Of a stretch of DNA of 64,000 nt, positions 1 through 12,770 are shown piece after piece. The position numbers and the translations under genes are program-made. Where the stretch lies: contig NC_067402.1 in the NCBI RefSeq assembly GCF_016432865.1, positions 116,994,001 through 117,058,000 on the forward strand. The letters run 5' to 3'. Under the pieces are notes generated by a model that did no database searches, was not told the DNA's origin, and worked only from the letters and a program-made list of their open reading frames with translations. This stretch comes from Antechinus flavipes. Lineage: Eukaryota. Each line of letters opens with the position of its first letter. Within the stretch, counting starts at the first letter, position 1.

Positions 1-1555
1 TAGAATCAAAGAGAATCTTTATTGATCTTCTTCTTGTAGAAAGTAGAATTTTAGTTGAAACTTAACAGAAGTCAGGAAACCTAAGAGACAGAGATAAGGG
101 GAGAAAATATTCCAGGCTCGGGGGACAACCAATCAGAGAAAATGCCCAGTTAGGACATGGAGGTTCTTGTTCAAAGTTGAAATTGGAAAGATTCTCGTTT
201 GAATTCTGCCTTTACTACCAACTTTGGGGGTCTTACCAAAAAAGAAAGATTTCAGCAGATGATTTCTAAGTTTCCTATGAATTTTCATGGACTCTGAAAA
301 GGATAGAATGAGTCAGCAAGGGTGATAGGCATCATCTCTTGTCCCATAGAGATTAGAGATGTGGAAACAAGATATGGAATGACTTGGCCAAATTTTGTTT
401 TGATTCCTATTGATATCTAGGGATATGTCAGTCATTAAATTATTATGATCAAATTTCCTGGGATGACAAGAACAGGGGTTTTATCCTGGACTGGATATTT
501 CTTTCATAAAGGAAATTATCATTGTGGAACTTCCCTTCATCAGTGTAGGTCAGATGTACAATGATATAAGATTGTTTGAGATGTCTCAAGCATTTTAGTG
601 CAATTTTAATCTATAAAAATTAAAAACTAATTTCACTTATTAAAACTTAAAGTTTTAATTAGACTTTTGGGACACATTAGGTTATACTCTTCCAATGACT
701 TCCATCATTATTCAAATATCATATACTATGTTTAAAAAAAACTATATTCCATCAAGAAAGAAATAACACAAAGTTTTCTAAATCTGATTTCTTTCTATCA
801 TAATTAATGATACACTACCCTTATTGAAGAAAAATATTCCTTAAAGCACCCATTGTTTTGTAGAAATAAGTAAAAATGAAAAGTAAAATAGTAAATCATC
901 TTTTCTGACCATGAAATCAATGATATCCTTTGGGTGCAATATGGGTTTGTTATTTTATTTTACTGTAGCTAGTCAGATAGCTATCAGCCTGAATTTGATA
1001 TTTTAATACTTAAAATGTGTCAGGTATTGATCAGGATAATATGCTATTTTAGAGATACAATTATTTTGAAAATTATTATTAGAAATTCTAAAAATTTGCT
1101 ACACCAATGTTTCTGTGATGAAAAAAGGATCTAATATATTTCCAAATGAGAAGGGCTATTGACCTGACTGTCAGTGCTCAAAGAAGCAGTTTGAAAATTT
1201 GCTATAAATTCTTGTCATTTGTTAAATAACATTTCTCTGAGTTGGGGAAAGGGAAAAAAGAAACTTAGGAAAAAACATTAAGTGCTCAATGATCCCCAAT
1301 GTTATCGAAGCATATAAGAATGAAAACTGATCCTAACTGCAAAATGATGAAAGGATAACAATTTATTCCTTCATAAATTTCTACAGGGTAATTTCCACTC
1401 ATGCAAAAGCTCTTGGGTAGAATGGATTCTTTCTGTCTGAAATGTACCCCCTGAGGTTATAAACACATCTTCTTCTTCCTTGTGTGTAAAGTAATTATCT
1501 ATAGATACAAAGAGATATAGAATGTGAGAAATATTTCCTTTTATAGAAATGGGAT

Positions 1556-1690
1556 AGGTGGCAGTGTGGCACAATGGATAAAAGGTTGGTTTTGGAGTCA
1601 GGAAGACTTTGCTTCAAACTCTGTCTCTGTTATTATAGGTAAATCATATATCCTCTCAGTGTCCTAGACAACTAAGACTATTAAATTGAG
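1556..1690 (+). mobile_element. MIR-type SINE fragment
   Basis: ggcagtgtggcacaatgga...ggagtcaggaagac head and core. Dozens of similar MIR fragments elsewhere are not listed individually. Confidence 0.7.
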
Positions 1691-2269
1691 TTGGAGACAT
1701 TGTGTTGAGATGGATCAAATCTTTTTTTATTGCTTATTTTCATTCAACTTTATTTTATTTTTCTGAAAATCTCTCTCCGGCTCCTCTTCTTCCTACCCTA
1801 CTCCCAGCCCTCCCTTTTCCCATTGAGAAAACAATGAAAACAAAATCCCTGTTACAAACGTGGAGTATTCTCTCTATTGAGAACAAGGATCTTAGTAGCC
1901 ATCTAGCCCAATCACTGTATTTTACAGATGAGGAAACTGAGGGTTAGTTGAGCAATAACTTCCTTACAGTCAAATAGCTTGTATGAATATAGCTGCTTGA
2001 TTTTAAGTTCAGTATTTTGGGTGAGTCTGTTTTGTTTAGCTATACATGTTTGTAACAGGACTTTCCTCATCTTTTCTTTCTCAATGTGGAAATGATCATA
2101 CATATCATACTCTTGATTGTGGGCTGTACATAGTCTATACAAGGCTTTATCATGGGCCTTCCCTTCTCCCCTCTTTTTCCCTCTCTTTCCTTTTTTTTTC
2201 TTTCTTTCCTTTTCTCTTTCACTTTCCATTTACTTCCCTATCTCATTTGGTAATTCAAACAATTCTGGG

Positions 2270-2420
2270 AAGTGGGGACTATTATGTTGTCCATTTTATA
2301 GCTGAGGAAACTGAGACAGAGGTTAAGTGACTTGACAGGATCACAATCCACTAAATGTCTGAAAGAGGATTTAAATCCAGGTATTCCTGCTTTCAGATTC
2401 AGTACTCTATGCACTTTTAC
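2270..2420 (-). mobile_element. MIR SINE fragment
   Basis: ccattttatagctgaggaaactgagacagaggttaagtgacttg core. Confidence 0.75.
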
Positions 2421-2429
2421 TATCTACCT

Positions 2430-3420
2430 GTTTTCAAGCTCATATCACCATTAGCCCATTGTCCTTTAAACACCTCAAATTCAATATGTTCAACAAAGAA
2501 TTTATTGCCCTTCTTTCCAAACTTGCCTCATTTTTCTGATTTCTAGAAATAAAAGACACACCTGTCCTTTTAGTCACTCAGGATTACAATCTAAGAATTA
2601 TCCTTAAAGTTATCTTCTTTCTCATTTCCCCTTCACTCCTAGTATCCTAGCAGTTACCAAGTCTTGTCACTCAAACTCTATAACATCTCTTGCATGATTT
2701 GTTCTCTTCTTTCATTTCACATGGCTACTATCCTAGTCCAGGACATCATCTCATTTCCCATGAACTATTATAAATTGTGAATTTCTTGGGAGCAGAAGTT
2801 CTCTCTGGTCTCCTAACTAATCTCTCTGAATCACGTTTCTGCCCTATCCAGTCCACCTTTCACATATTGGCAGAGTGACATTTCTAGAGCATAAGTTTGA
2901 TGCTGTTCTCCTACTCAAAAAATTCTATGGGCTCTGTCACCTGAAGAATAAAATGAGAAATAATTCAATGGACATTTAAAGCTTTCCACAAGCTGGCTTT
3001 AGCCTATCTTTCTAGGTAGTATTCATTTCTATCCTTCATAGACTGTGTTCTTGCCAAACCAAGATACTTGTTTTTACTCATATATGACATTCCATCTTTC
3101 TCTGAATTTTTGCATAGCCTATCTCTCCTTTTCTCATCCTTGACTCTCAGAACACATATCCTCATGTATTAGCTAGTTCAAGATCTACTTCCAACAAGAC
3201 TTACCTCATTCCCTGAGTAGTAATAATACACTCTACCCATCATACCTTTTCCCCCATTTCTACTTTATAAGAATTTTTTATTTATATGTGTCCATGTATT
3301 TCCCCTAACAGAAGCTCTTTGAAAGAAGTAGTTATTTGTTTTTTTCTTTATCTTATCCATACCTGACACAGTGAATGATTGGCCCATTGAGGATACTTTA
3401 AGTATTTGATTGTTTGATCC
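2430..3420 (+). mobile_element. L2 LINE 3' region
   Basis: cacctcaaattcaatatgttcaacaaagaa..., ccactttcacatattggcagagtgacatttcta and an L2 3' end-like tail. Confidence 0.7.
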
Positions 3421-4030
3421 AAAAGTCTAGGCAAGAGACAATGAAAGCAGAAATACAGTCAACCAGTCCATTAACAAGAATTTATTAAGCACCTACAATA
3501 TTCTATACACTTTACTAAGAACTGGGGATACATTTTTTAAAAAAGTTCCTTGTCCTTTGGAGATTTATCTAATGAACTCCAGTGGTGGAAGTAGAATGGG
3601 GAGAAGAGAGAAGGGAATATTAAAGAAATATGGAGGGAGTTGAGTTAAAATGAAGGATCTAAATGATAGGCCAAATTTAGGTAAAAAGAAGGAGGAATCT
3701 AGGATGATGCTAATATTTTGAGCTTAGAATTCTGGGAGTATTATGGAAATCAAGAAAGAAACAAGATTTGGAATAAGTATCTTGGTTTGGCAAGAGCATA
3801 GTCTCTGAAGAATAGAAATGGATATTACCTAGAAATACAGAATATGAGATATTACATTTGAGCTACTGATAGTACTTTCAACTATCCTCTTTTAGAGATG
3901 CATTTTTCCAGAAAACTAAAGGGCATGTTGGTCCATAAGTCAGAAGAGAGATAAGTTTGATGCAGATTTAGAAGTCATCTAGTTATATAAATCTATGGTA
4001 GTAAATGAATTTAATTAGGAAGAGAATGTA

Positions 4031-4172
4031 GGGGCAGCTAAGTGGCACAGTGGATAGAGCACCAGCTCTGAAGTCAGGAGGATCTGAGTTGAAATCTGGT
4101 CTCAGACACTTAACACTTCCTACCTGTGTGATCTTGGGCAAGCCACTAAACCCCAATTGCCTCAGTAAAAAA
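4031..4172 (+). mobile_element. CORE-SINE (WSINE1-like) with (GA)/(GAGGGA)n tail to ~4250
   Basis: gggcagctaagtggcacagtggatagagcacc...gggcaagccactaaaccccaattgcctcag plus A-rich tail; tRNA-derived head. Confidence 0.85.
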
Positions 4173-4330
4173 AGAGAGACAGAGAGAGAGAGGGAGAGGG
4201 AGAGGGAGAGGGAAAAGGAGAGGGAGAGAGAGAGGGAGAGGGAGAGGGAGGATGTAGAGAAAGAATAGAAAAATCAGAATAGAATAATAGGAATGGTAGC
4301 TTTTAGATACTAAAAAAGATAAGCTACCAA

Positions 4331-4332
<2 letters not shown>

Positions 4333-4380
<48 letters not shown>
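4333..4380. repeat. (GT)24 microsatellite
   Basis: Read directly. Confidence 0.98.
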
Positions 4381-4383
<3 letters not shown>

Positions 4384-5999
4384 CGTGCGCTCAATTAACA
4401 GAAATCAAATATTGTGGAGCGATATGAGACATGACAAAAAACTATTGGACTTAGCAATTAAAAGGTTACTGGTAACTTTCTGAGAGAATATCTTCAATAG
4501 CATGGTAGGAAGTAGATTACAAATTACAAAGAATAGAATGTTAAGTGGTGAAAAAGTAATGTCTCTGAGCATATAGACAATTTTTTCATGAAGTTTAATG
4601 AAGTATAGATGAAGAGAGGAAAGAGATTGGTGGCTTCAGGAAATTAGAAAGTTTTTAATCCCTACAGAATCTCAAATATTGTTGCTTGTTAAAAGTTACT
4701 TCCTTTTCCATTGCAAGTATAAAAGTCATTTGACTTTTAGTTAAGGGATGGTGACTGTGTTATCTAGAGTTTTACATTTGTTGTATTTTAATTGGACCTT
4801 GTTTTTTGATTCAGATAAAACACTCTAATCCAAAAACATCATGTCAATGGTAGTGAATCTCCATGTCTAATGGATATTAAGAACACAACTTTTCTTTTAT
4901 TATCTAGGTTAGCTATTAATTCTGTAATAAATTTAATTCAGTGACTTGATACTTTTTAATTTCTTTTTTTCTATTCATAGGCTTTTAAATCTCAAATAAT
5001 GTGAAGCAATGATTCCCAAGGTTGATTCCATCTCTTGGTATGAGAATTTTCTCAATTAAAAGTTTCATTTCTTATACATTCTGCTCAGGCTAAACATTTG
5101 ATCATCTCAGAGGCAATCATTTTTTTAGTTTTAGTTCTTCTGAATATATTGTTGGTCCAATTCACTAGGAATTAATTCAAACACAGTCAAACAAACAATA
5201 TCCCTCCACAATATTACTTTATTCAAGAATTATATAAGTAGTGCCTCAACAATCCCTGAAAAGGGACAAAAGTTTCTACTTGAATGAATCCTTAGAGAAT
5301 ACCAGTGTCATCTTTGATTCCTTGTATCCTTTGTATTGTAATCAATTAGTTGATTAAGTCTGACATTTTAAGATCCTTCCTATCCTTCACAAATATTTTC
5401 TTCCCTTTTACCCATTCCCACTTTTACCACATTTTAAGATTTCATTGTATCTTGCCTGAACTATTGCAACATTCTTCTTTTACTTGGGATGCCTAATTCT
5501 AGCCTCTTTTTCATTATAACTGATAAGACAAATGTCAAATTATTCTTCTTAATATTCCTGAACGTGTCACACTTTTGACTTGATAACTTTCAAATGTCCC
5601 CATTACCTACAGATAAAGTCCAAATTCTTAAAACATTAAAAACCACAAAAATTGTTTACTTTTGTCCCAGTCTTCAGGAATACTAGTCTACAGTGTTTGC
5701 TTTGCTTTTATTAGTTTAGCAAACATCAATGTGTAAACCATCATAGTTGTTCTGTTTTATTGAAAAAATTTGTCTCTTTTCATTTTAACAATAATAGTTC
5801 ACTTACATATCTTTTGAAGATGTACAAAGCATTTATCTCTCAACTCCATGGAAAATTAAGTTATATCACATGAGGGAATGTACATTTTGTCATTCACTAG
5901 AGATTTGGCATTAAGCTATTTTCACTTGTTTGGAATTTTAAAAAATTTAATTTGTAAATAAGAGTAGAGGTGAAGGATTGGACTTCATCACCTGTGCCT

Positions 6000-7900
6000 T
6001 ATTATTTTGATTGTTTGAAGGATGGTGGGTTGAAGAAGATACTTGAATTATGGAGATAAATTAGAAGGGTATTGCAGTGATCCAGATGACAGCTGATAAG
6101 GTGCTGAATTAGGATGATGAAATATGAAAGATGTTATGGAGACTAAATCAAGACCTAGCAATTTATTGTATAAGGTGAATGAAAAAGAAAGAAGCATAAA
6201 GCTTGTACACAAAAGAAATAAGAATTGGGGCTTCATAGAGGAACATGAAAAGTTGTTTTAGATGTAACTTTGAGATTCTGGGTTAAGTTGTAAACAGTTG
6301 GTGATGTGGGACTAGAGTTCAGGGCAGAAATTACACTATATAGATGGCAGCTAAGTGGTGCAATAAATAGAACTCTGAGCCTGGAGTCAGGAAGACTCAT
6401 CTTCCTGAGTTCAGATCTGTCCTCAATCATTTCACTCTGTTTGCCTCAGTTTCTTCATCTACAAAAGGAATTGGAAAAGGAAATGACCAACTACTCTGGT
6501 ATCTTTGCCAAGAAAATCACAAATGGGGTCATAAAGAGTCAGGTATGACTGAAAATGGCTAAAGAATAACAACAATAGATATAGGAATTCTGTATATAGT
6601 AATGAATATTGAACTAATGAGAGTGGATGAAATTATCAAGGAAAAAGAGTTGAGTGAGAAGATAAGAGGACTCTGCATTAACTTTTATGGTAAGACTCAT
6701 AGTCAAGTATAGAAAATGAAAGATGACTTAGCAAAGAATATTAAGAACACTTCCTCAGTGGAAGAGATCAACAGTGACATAGAAGCTAAAGAAAGAAAAA
6801 ATATGAAGGAGAATGGAGTAGTCAATAGTGTCAAAAGCTATAGTGGGATTCTGAAAAAAGAGAACTGATGGAATAAGCAATTGAGATGATATTGTTAACT
6901 ACTGAGAGTTATTTCTATAGCGTGGTGAGTGTCAAAGCCATATTGTAATAAATTGAGAAGTAGGTGAGTAATGAGGAAATGGAAGAAACATGTATGAGCA
7001 TATTTTCCTAAAAGTTTGGCAGTGCAAATATGGTGTAATTTATGAGAGGACAGTGGGATTGAATGAAATTGTTTTTTATTGTCCTCGAATTTAAGAGTGG
7101 TTGAGATCTGTACTGATTTGTAGGGAGCAGAGAAAGGAAACAGTAAGCAAAAGAAACACACAGAGAGAATGAATGAATGAATGAAAGATTGAAGAAGTAT
7201 AATCTCAGAGACCCAGGAAGGGAATTGACAGCACAAATAAAGTTAAGTACCAATTTTTCCCCAGAGAATGAAGCACAAGAAAAGATGGGTGAGATTTTAG
7301 AGGTTAAATAGTGAAGGTGAGAGAGCTCACAGCAGGTAGCCTCCATATGCTCTATAAAATAGGAGGGAAGAAGAAAAAACTGTAGAAGTAGACTTGAGGG
7401 AATATTTGTTGTTGCCCTTGGTTCAATTTTTCTGAGGCAACTCCTATTCAGTAATTAAAGGCTAAGTAAAAATTAGTTAAAAGATGGTGTACTTTGCCTT
7501 CAAAGAAGAATTCATCTGGGAGGGGAAGATCCTCAGCATTTCTGTGATGGAGGTAGATGAGAATTGCAGAGAATGGAGACCATTTGGAGGAGCTGGTGAA
7601 TGGGTCATGACAGTCAATCTGGAAAGAATACAAGGATTGTCATTAAGCAATGTTCTCCTAGTTAAGCTTAGATAAATGAAGTTTATTTGGCTCTTCTGTT
7701 GCATGGGAGTAGGTGTGGAAAAAAGTTAATGGTGATTGACCAAGTGTTGAACATATGTGAAAGGCAAGTAAGACAAGGAAGTAAAAAGTGAAGGAGTACT
7801 TTGTGGAACTTGATGAGTGTAGTTTTAAGATTGTGAAGGGAGGAAAGTAGGCTCAGAGCCAGAATAATGGATTTAGAAAATAAAGTGGAAACAGAGGTTA
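6000..7900 (-). mobile_element. Fragmented L2 LINE (interrupted by the MAR1-like SINE)
   Basis: Antisense L2 motifs (attgcagtgatccagatgaca..., gagtagtcaatagtgtcaaaagct..., atagcgtggtgagtgtcaaagcca). Confidence 0.65.
6344..6575 (+). mobile_element. MAR1-like SINE
   Basis: CORE head followed by the RTE-type 3' end ctccagtatctttgccaagaaaa...ggggtcataaagagtcag...aacaacaa. Confidence 0.85.
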
Positions 7901-10581
7901 CAGGTCGGAATAAATGATGAGTTTAGAAGGAATGAGGCCAAAGGAGAAATGGGAGAAAAGTAATTATGGTGAGAATGGGGAATTTCAGAATTCAACAAAG
8001 AAAGGGAGGATGGAAAAGGAAATAAGCATTTATATAGCATCCATTTTTTGCCAAACACTGTGCTAAGTACTTTTACAAATATTATCTCATTTATTCTTTA
8101 CAACAGTCCTGTGAAATGGGTGCTATTAATGATTTCCTATTTATCCTGTTTATAGGTCATGGTTATATGTATTTGTTTGCATGTGGTCTCCTTCAGTAGA
8201 TTGTAAGCTCCTTGAGGGCAAGCTCATTTGCCTTTATAAAAAGTCACCAATATTTTAGCGCATTGTCTAGTGTAAGAACTTAATAAATATTTATTGACTG
8301 ATTTAGGCAAACAGAGATTGTGACTTTCCTATTAGTCACATAGTCAGTAAATATCTGAGATCACTATACCACCTAGCCTCAAGATCACATTTTAGAATGT
8401 TAGTAAAGTATAGGATATTTAAGCTGTGTTATGAGTGGTTGAAGTAAAGATGCAAAACATTGATCTTAATGAGGTTGCTGAATTGAAAGGCCAGGGTATT
8501 TGAGGGAAGCCACTTGTGTGTGAATGTTTTCTAGGATCAGGGTGGGATTTGGTCTGAAAAGAGACTTTGAGGGTTAAGTTTTATACTCATTAATAGAGGA
8601 GGGATAATTACCTGGACACTTATTATCACCAAGCTACTTGAGGGAGTCTGTTTTTCTGTGTGTCTTTTTGGCCATTCTTCAGTTAATGGATACTCTTACT
8701 CCTGAGCTGTATCTCAAAGTACCTCATGCCTGAAGAAGACTTCAAAACCTTATCCTTGGTGCTTAAACCAAACAGTCTTGAGTGCATTAAGAGTAATATA
8801 CTGCTAGACTCATAGCATTTTCGAGCTGTTTATCTCTCCCCGAGACCTTGAAAGAAGTCAAACAATTAAGAAGCTTTCTTTTCTGATCCTTTTGCTTTGG
8901 GGACTTTATGCTAGTTTCAATAACCTCTGAACAGAAACAAACAAAATCATAAATTTTCCCCTCAATTCCCTTGACTTACTTCCCTTTACCTGCACTCTCA
9001 GGAAAACAGAATGATTTCTGATTAAATTAAAAAAAAAAAAGATAAAGTGTTTGCAGTTAGAAAATCTATACATTTGCTCCTTGAAAAGAAAGAAATGAGT
9101 ATAGTACTCTTCTAATACATTTAGGTTAACAATAACATTTTCAGAGCTCAAGTGAGAGAAATAACACACTGGGTCCACTTTGAGCTGAGAAAGTCACACA
9201 CTTTAATCCTGCCGTGCACTTTGTGGCAAGTCCCAATTGTGCACCACATGAGCAGGTGAAAATATTATTGCAAGGGGTGTGATTACACTTATTTGAACCC
9301 CAGAATAAATTTTGCTTAAGCAGTACTAAAGAACCAATTACATCAGGTAAAAGTGTTATTTTACTTATGCTTCCTGAGAGGTTTAAAAAGAATCTATCTT
9401 GTCAAGGTATCGGTACTGAAAACATGCCTGTTCTTGATTTTCTTTTAAAGTTTCTATTTGATTTGCTGCTGATAAATTCATACAAATAATTAAAAAGATA
9501 TGTATGGTTACTTTTCTCTCTTCTCTGTTACTTGGTTTCAATCATGATGAATATTTTCTTGCATCCTATTTTCAAAATCCATTAAGTTTTATAACACAGA
9601 ATATTTTAAAACCTAGAGATCAAAGTCTTCTGCTACAGATGTCTGACAAGCTGAATAAAAAGGAACTGCATTTGATTAACTCAGAACCTTAATTTAGTGA
9701 AGTAATAAAGACATTAGCTACAGAGGTAGTGGCCATGTTTTGTTTCATTAAAATGTGCATATGCAGTAACAATGAATTTAGTTTTACTAAAGGCCTTTTG
9801 CATAGCACTATCATAGTGAGAACTATATATACATATATCTGTGTATATAGATAGATAGATAAATTGTTTCTTTCAGATTTTCTCCCTTCTATGACATCCA
9901 GTAATTATTACTATTAATAACAATAAAATTTCCTATTGTCCATGTTCACATCTCATTCCCCTAGCCTTTCTTTTCTTTTAATTTTTTAAATTTAAATATT
10001 TTAATAGTATTTGTAAGCTCTATCTGTGCAAGGCAATATACTAAGTATTGGGGCTACCAAGTCAAGATGAAACCATTCCTGTTCTTAAGAGGTTTACTAA
10101 CTATTGGAGAATATGAAGAACAGAGATAAGAAAAACACATGGATAAGTAATTACAGGGAAATTTCCAGAGAGCTAACAATTGGGCAAAATAGGAAAGACT
10201 ATTTTTTTTTTTTTTTGAGGAGGAAGAAGGAAATGACAGCTTGAGAGGTACTTAATAGCCTTCTAAGAGGAAGAGGTAAAGAGAAAATGCATTGCAGACC
10301 CTGGGAGTCATTTGCATACGGGCAAGAAGTTGGGAAAGGAGATGGACTATGGTTTATAGGAAATAGCAAGTAAATTTATTTGGTAGCTAGAGCCTGTGAT
10401 TTCACTGGTATAAGGGTCTTCCAAAGAGGAAAATGTGTACCGATGCATGTCAATACCTTTGCTACAATTTGTAGTCTTAAGAGTATTGCTTGGAAAACCA
10501 ATAACAGAAGGGTCATATATCCAATATGTGTCAGATATGTAATTTGAGCTCAGGTCTTCTTAGCTTTGAGGTCAGCTCTTT

Positions 10582-10953
10582 TTTTAAGTTTATTTTTTTA
10601 AATAATATTTTTCCAAATACATGCAAAGACAATTTTCAACATTTAGCTTTGCAAAACCTTGTGTCCCATTTTTTTCCCTTCCTCTTTTATCCACCTTTCC
10701 CCAAGACAGCAAACAAATCCAATATAGGTGAAACATGTACAATTTCATATTTGTCATGTTGTACAAGAAAAATCAGATTCAAAGGGAAAAAACATAAGAA
10801 AGAAAAAAAAAAAACCAAGCAAACAAACCACCACCACCACCACCACAAAAGGTGAAAATACTAGGCTTTGATCCACATTTAACCTCCATAGTTCACTCTC
10901 TGGATGCAGATGGCACTTTCCATCACAAGTCTATTGGAAGTGCCTTGAATTAC
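10582..10953 (-). mobile_element. 5'-truncated L1 3' end with 16-bp TSD
   Basis: TTGAGGTCA(G/A)CTCTTT at 10566-10581 and 10954-10969, poly-T head and marsupial L1 3'UTR pattern. Confidence 0.85.
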
Positions 10954-10986
10954 TTGAGGTCAACTCTTTATCAAATTAACAAAACT

Positions 10987-10988
<2 letters not shown>

Positions 10989-11050
<62 letters not shown>
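10989..11050. repeat. Compound (CT)n(GT)n microsatellite
   Basis: Read directly. Confidence 0.98.
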
Positions 11051-11053
<3 letters not shown>

Positions 11054-12071
11054 TGATAATTATATACTAATAGGAGTACATACATATCTCCTCCAGGAGT
11101 TTTTACCTTAGTATCTATAAATTTGTTTTAAAAAAAATATTTTGATGATGTTAACATATAATTGATTTCCTAGCATGTACACTATAGAATATAAACCCTT
11201 TGACAACTGGAGTTTATCTTTCTCTTTCTACACGGTAGCATTTTAAATGTTTAATGAACAATTCATTGGTTTACAATCATAGATCCCTTATTTCTTCTCC
11301 TTGTTCTAAGATTCTTGTTTTCTGCTATTGTTGTGCATTATATTCCTAAGAAGTTAATATCATAAAATTTTAGATATAGAAGACAGCCAAGATATGTAAT
11401 GCTGGAAAATCAATTATTCTCTTAGTTTTCTCATCTTAACATGGAGATAATGCCTCTTGCATTATCTCTTAGGATGGTTGATTGGGAATTAATTAAAGTG
11501 CCCTAAAAATGTGAACTTCTTTGATTACCTCATGGAAACCTCTGATATATGAGGAAACTGAGGATCAAGGAAGGGGAGCAGCTTGCTCGAAGACACATTT
11601 GAACTTCCTGATTCCCTGACTAGTAATTTTTTTCACTCTACATCTATAACCACTTTCCATGAGAGTATGTGTATGTGAATGTATGCACTAATCAAATGCC
11701 ATTTTCTCATTAACTTACATTATCCTTTCTAGATAGTTTATCTTAATTTCTGATTGATTTTCCAATTAAGTTTCTCCTTCTCAAAGGATTGCTACCTATC
11801 CTGGATGTTTGTGAAGAAAATACTTTGTGAATTGAAAAGCATGATATAAATGAGAGGCATCACTGGTATAGTTGACAGCCAGAAAGATCTGGGTTGGAGA
11901 TCTGTCCGTGGCACAAATTATCTGTGTGGCAATGATGCATTGCTTATCCTCCCAGTGTTCTAGCTCAGTCTGTAAATTATCAATGAATTGAAGATCATCA
12001 TCAGTGGTTTCTGTACTAGCAGACAAAATCCCTTGAATCATGGCAGCACAATACATTGGAAAGAACAATAG

Positions 12072-12770
12072 GAGGGCAGCTTGGTGGGGCAGTGGGATAT
12101 AGTTCTGGCTCCAACCATAAACCCTGATTTCTTCCGGAGTCAGGAAGATCTGAGTTCAAATCCAGCTTCAGAGACTAATTTGAGCAAGTCACTTAACCCT
12201 ATTTGTTAGGATTCTTACAAGGTGCTAAGTGGAATGAGGAGATAATGGTTAAATCTAGTTTAGCACTGATTTAATCCTACAACAAATAATGTTTTCCTAG
12301 TGATATAATGTGTGGAACATATAAAGAAAAGCTGTCAGGGCCAGAAAGAACAAGTGCACTAGAAGCTCTTGGAGGCTGAGACAGATTCATTCCATCGTCC
12401 ACCTTTGTTGTGCTGGAGGCTCAAGCACAAACCTTTGGATTTGGAGACATTTTGAGGAAGCTAGAGGCAGAAAGTGGCAGAGGCAAAGGACTAGTGGCAG
12501 GGAGCTCTCGGAACCAAGGAGAGAGATAGGCCTCTAAGAAAGCTAACTGGGCCCCAGGAAAAGAGACAAAACTTTGAAGGAGACAATAAAGGATCTGGAC
12601 TTTAACTCCTGGCTGCATTTGGGGAGATTACTGAACTGAAAGGAAGGCTACTCCTAGAAGCCCCCCAAGAAACCTGCTCCCAGAGAACAATACATTTAGA
12701 GAAGAATATTATACCTATTGCCCTCAAAAAAAAAGGATAAAAAAGGAAAAAAAAAGGAAAATGAAAAAAG
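12072..12770 (+). mobile_element. CORE-SINE (WSINE1-like) split by the solo LTR
   Basis: gggcagcttggtgg...gagtcaggaagatctgagttcaaatcc...gcaagtcacttaaccc | LTR | gccctc plus A-rich tail. Confidence 0.8.
12204..12713 (+). mobile_element. Solo LTR (class II ERV-like) with 6-bp TSD CCTATT, nested in a SINE
   Basis: Begins TGTTAGG and ends TTATA (decayed CA). CCTATT at 12198-12203 and 12714-12719, AATAAA ~125 bp before the end, and the SINE 3' end resumes right after the TSD. Confidence 0.85.

Noticed and set aside
4050-4394. ORFs with ER/HT repeats (also 10852, 37781, 44125-45041, 18464-18786, 55462-55868)
   Set aside because: Translations of microsatellites and purine/pyrimidine tracts.
11796-12068. 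90-aa minus-strand ORF with ordinary composition
   Set aside because: No recognisable domain or splice context; ORFs of this length are expected by chance across six frames of 64 kb.
12121-12138. 14-nt match CCCTGATTTCTTCC with ~60186-60200
   Set aside because: Several exact 14-mer matches are expected by chance in a 64-kb self-comparison.
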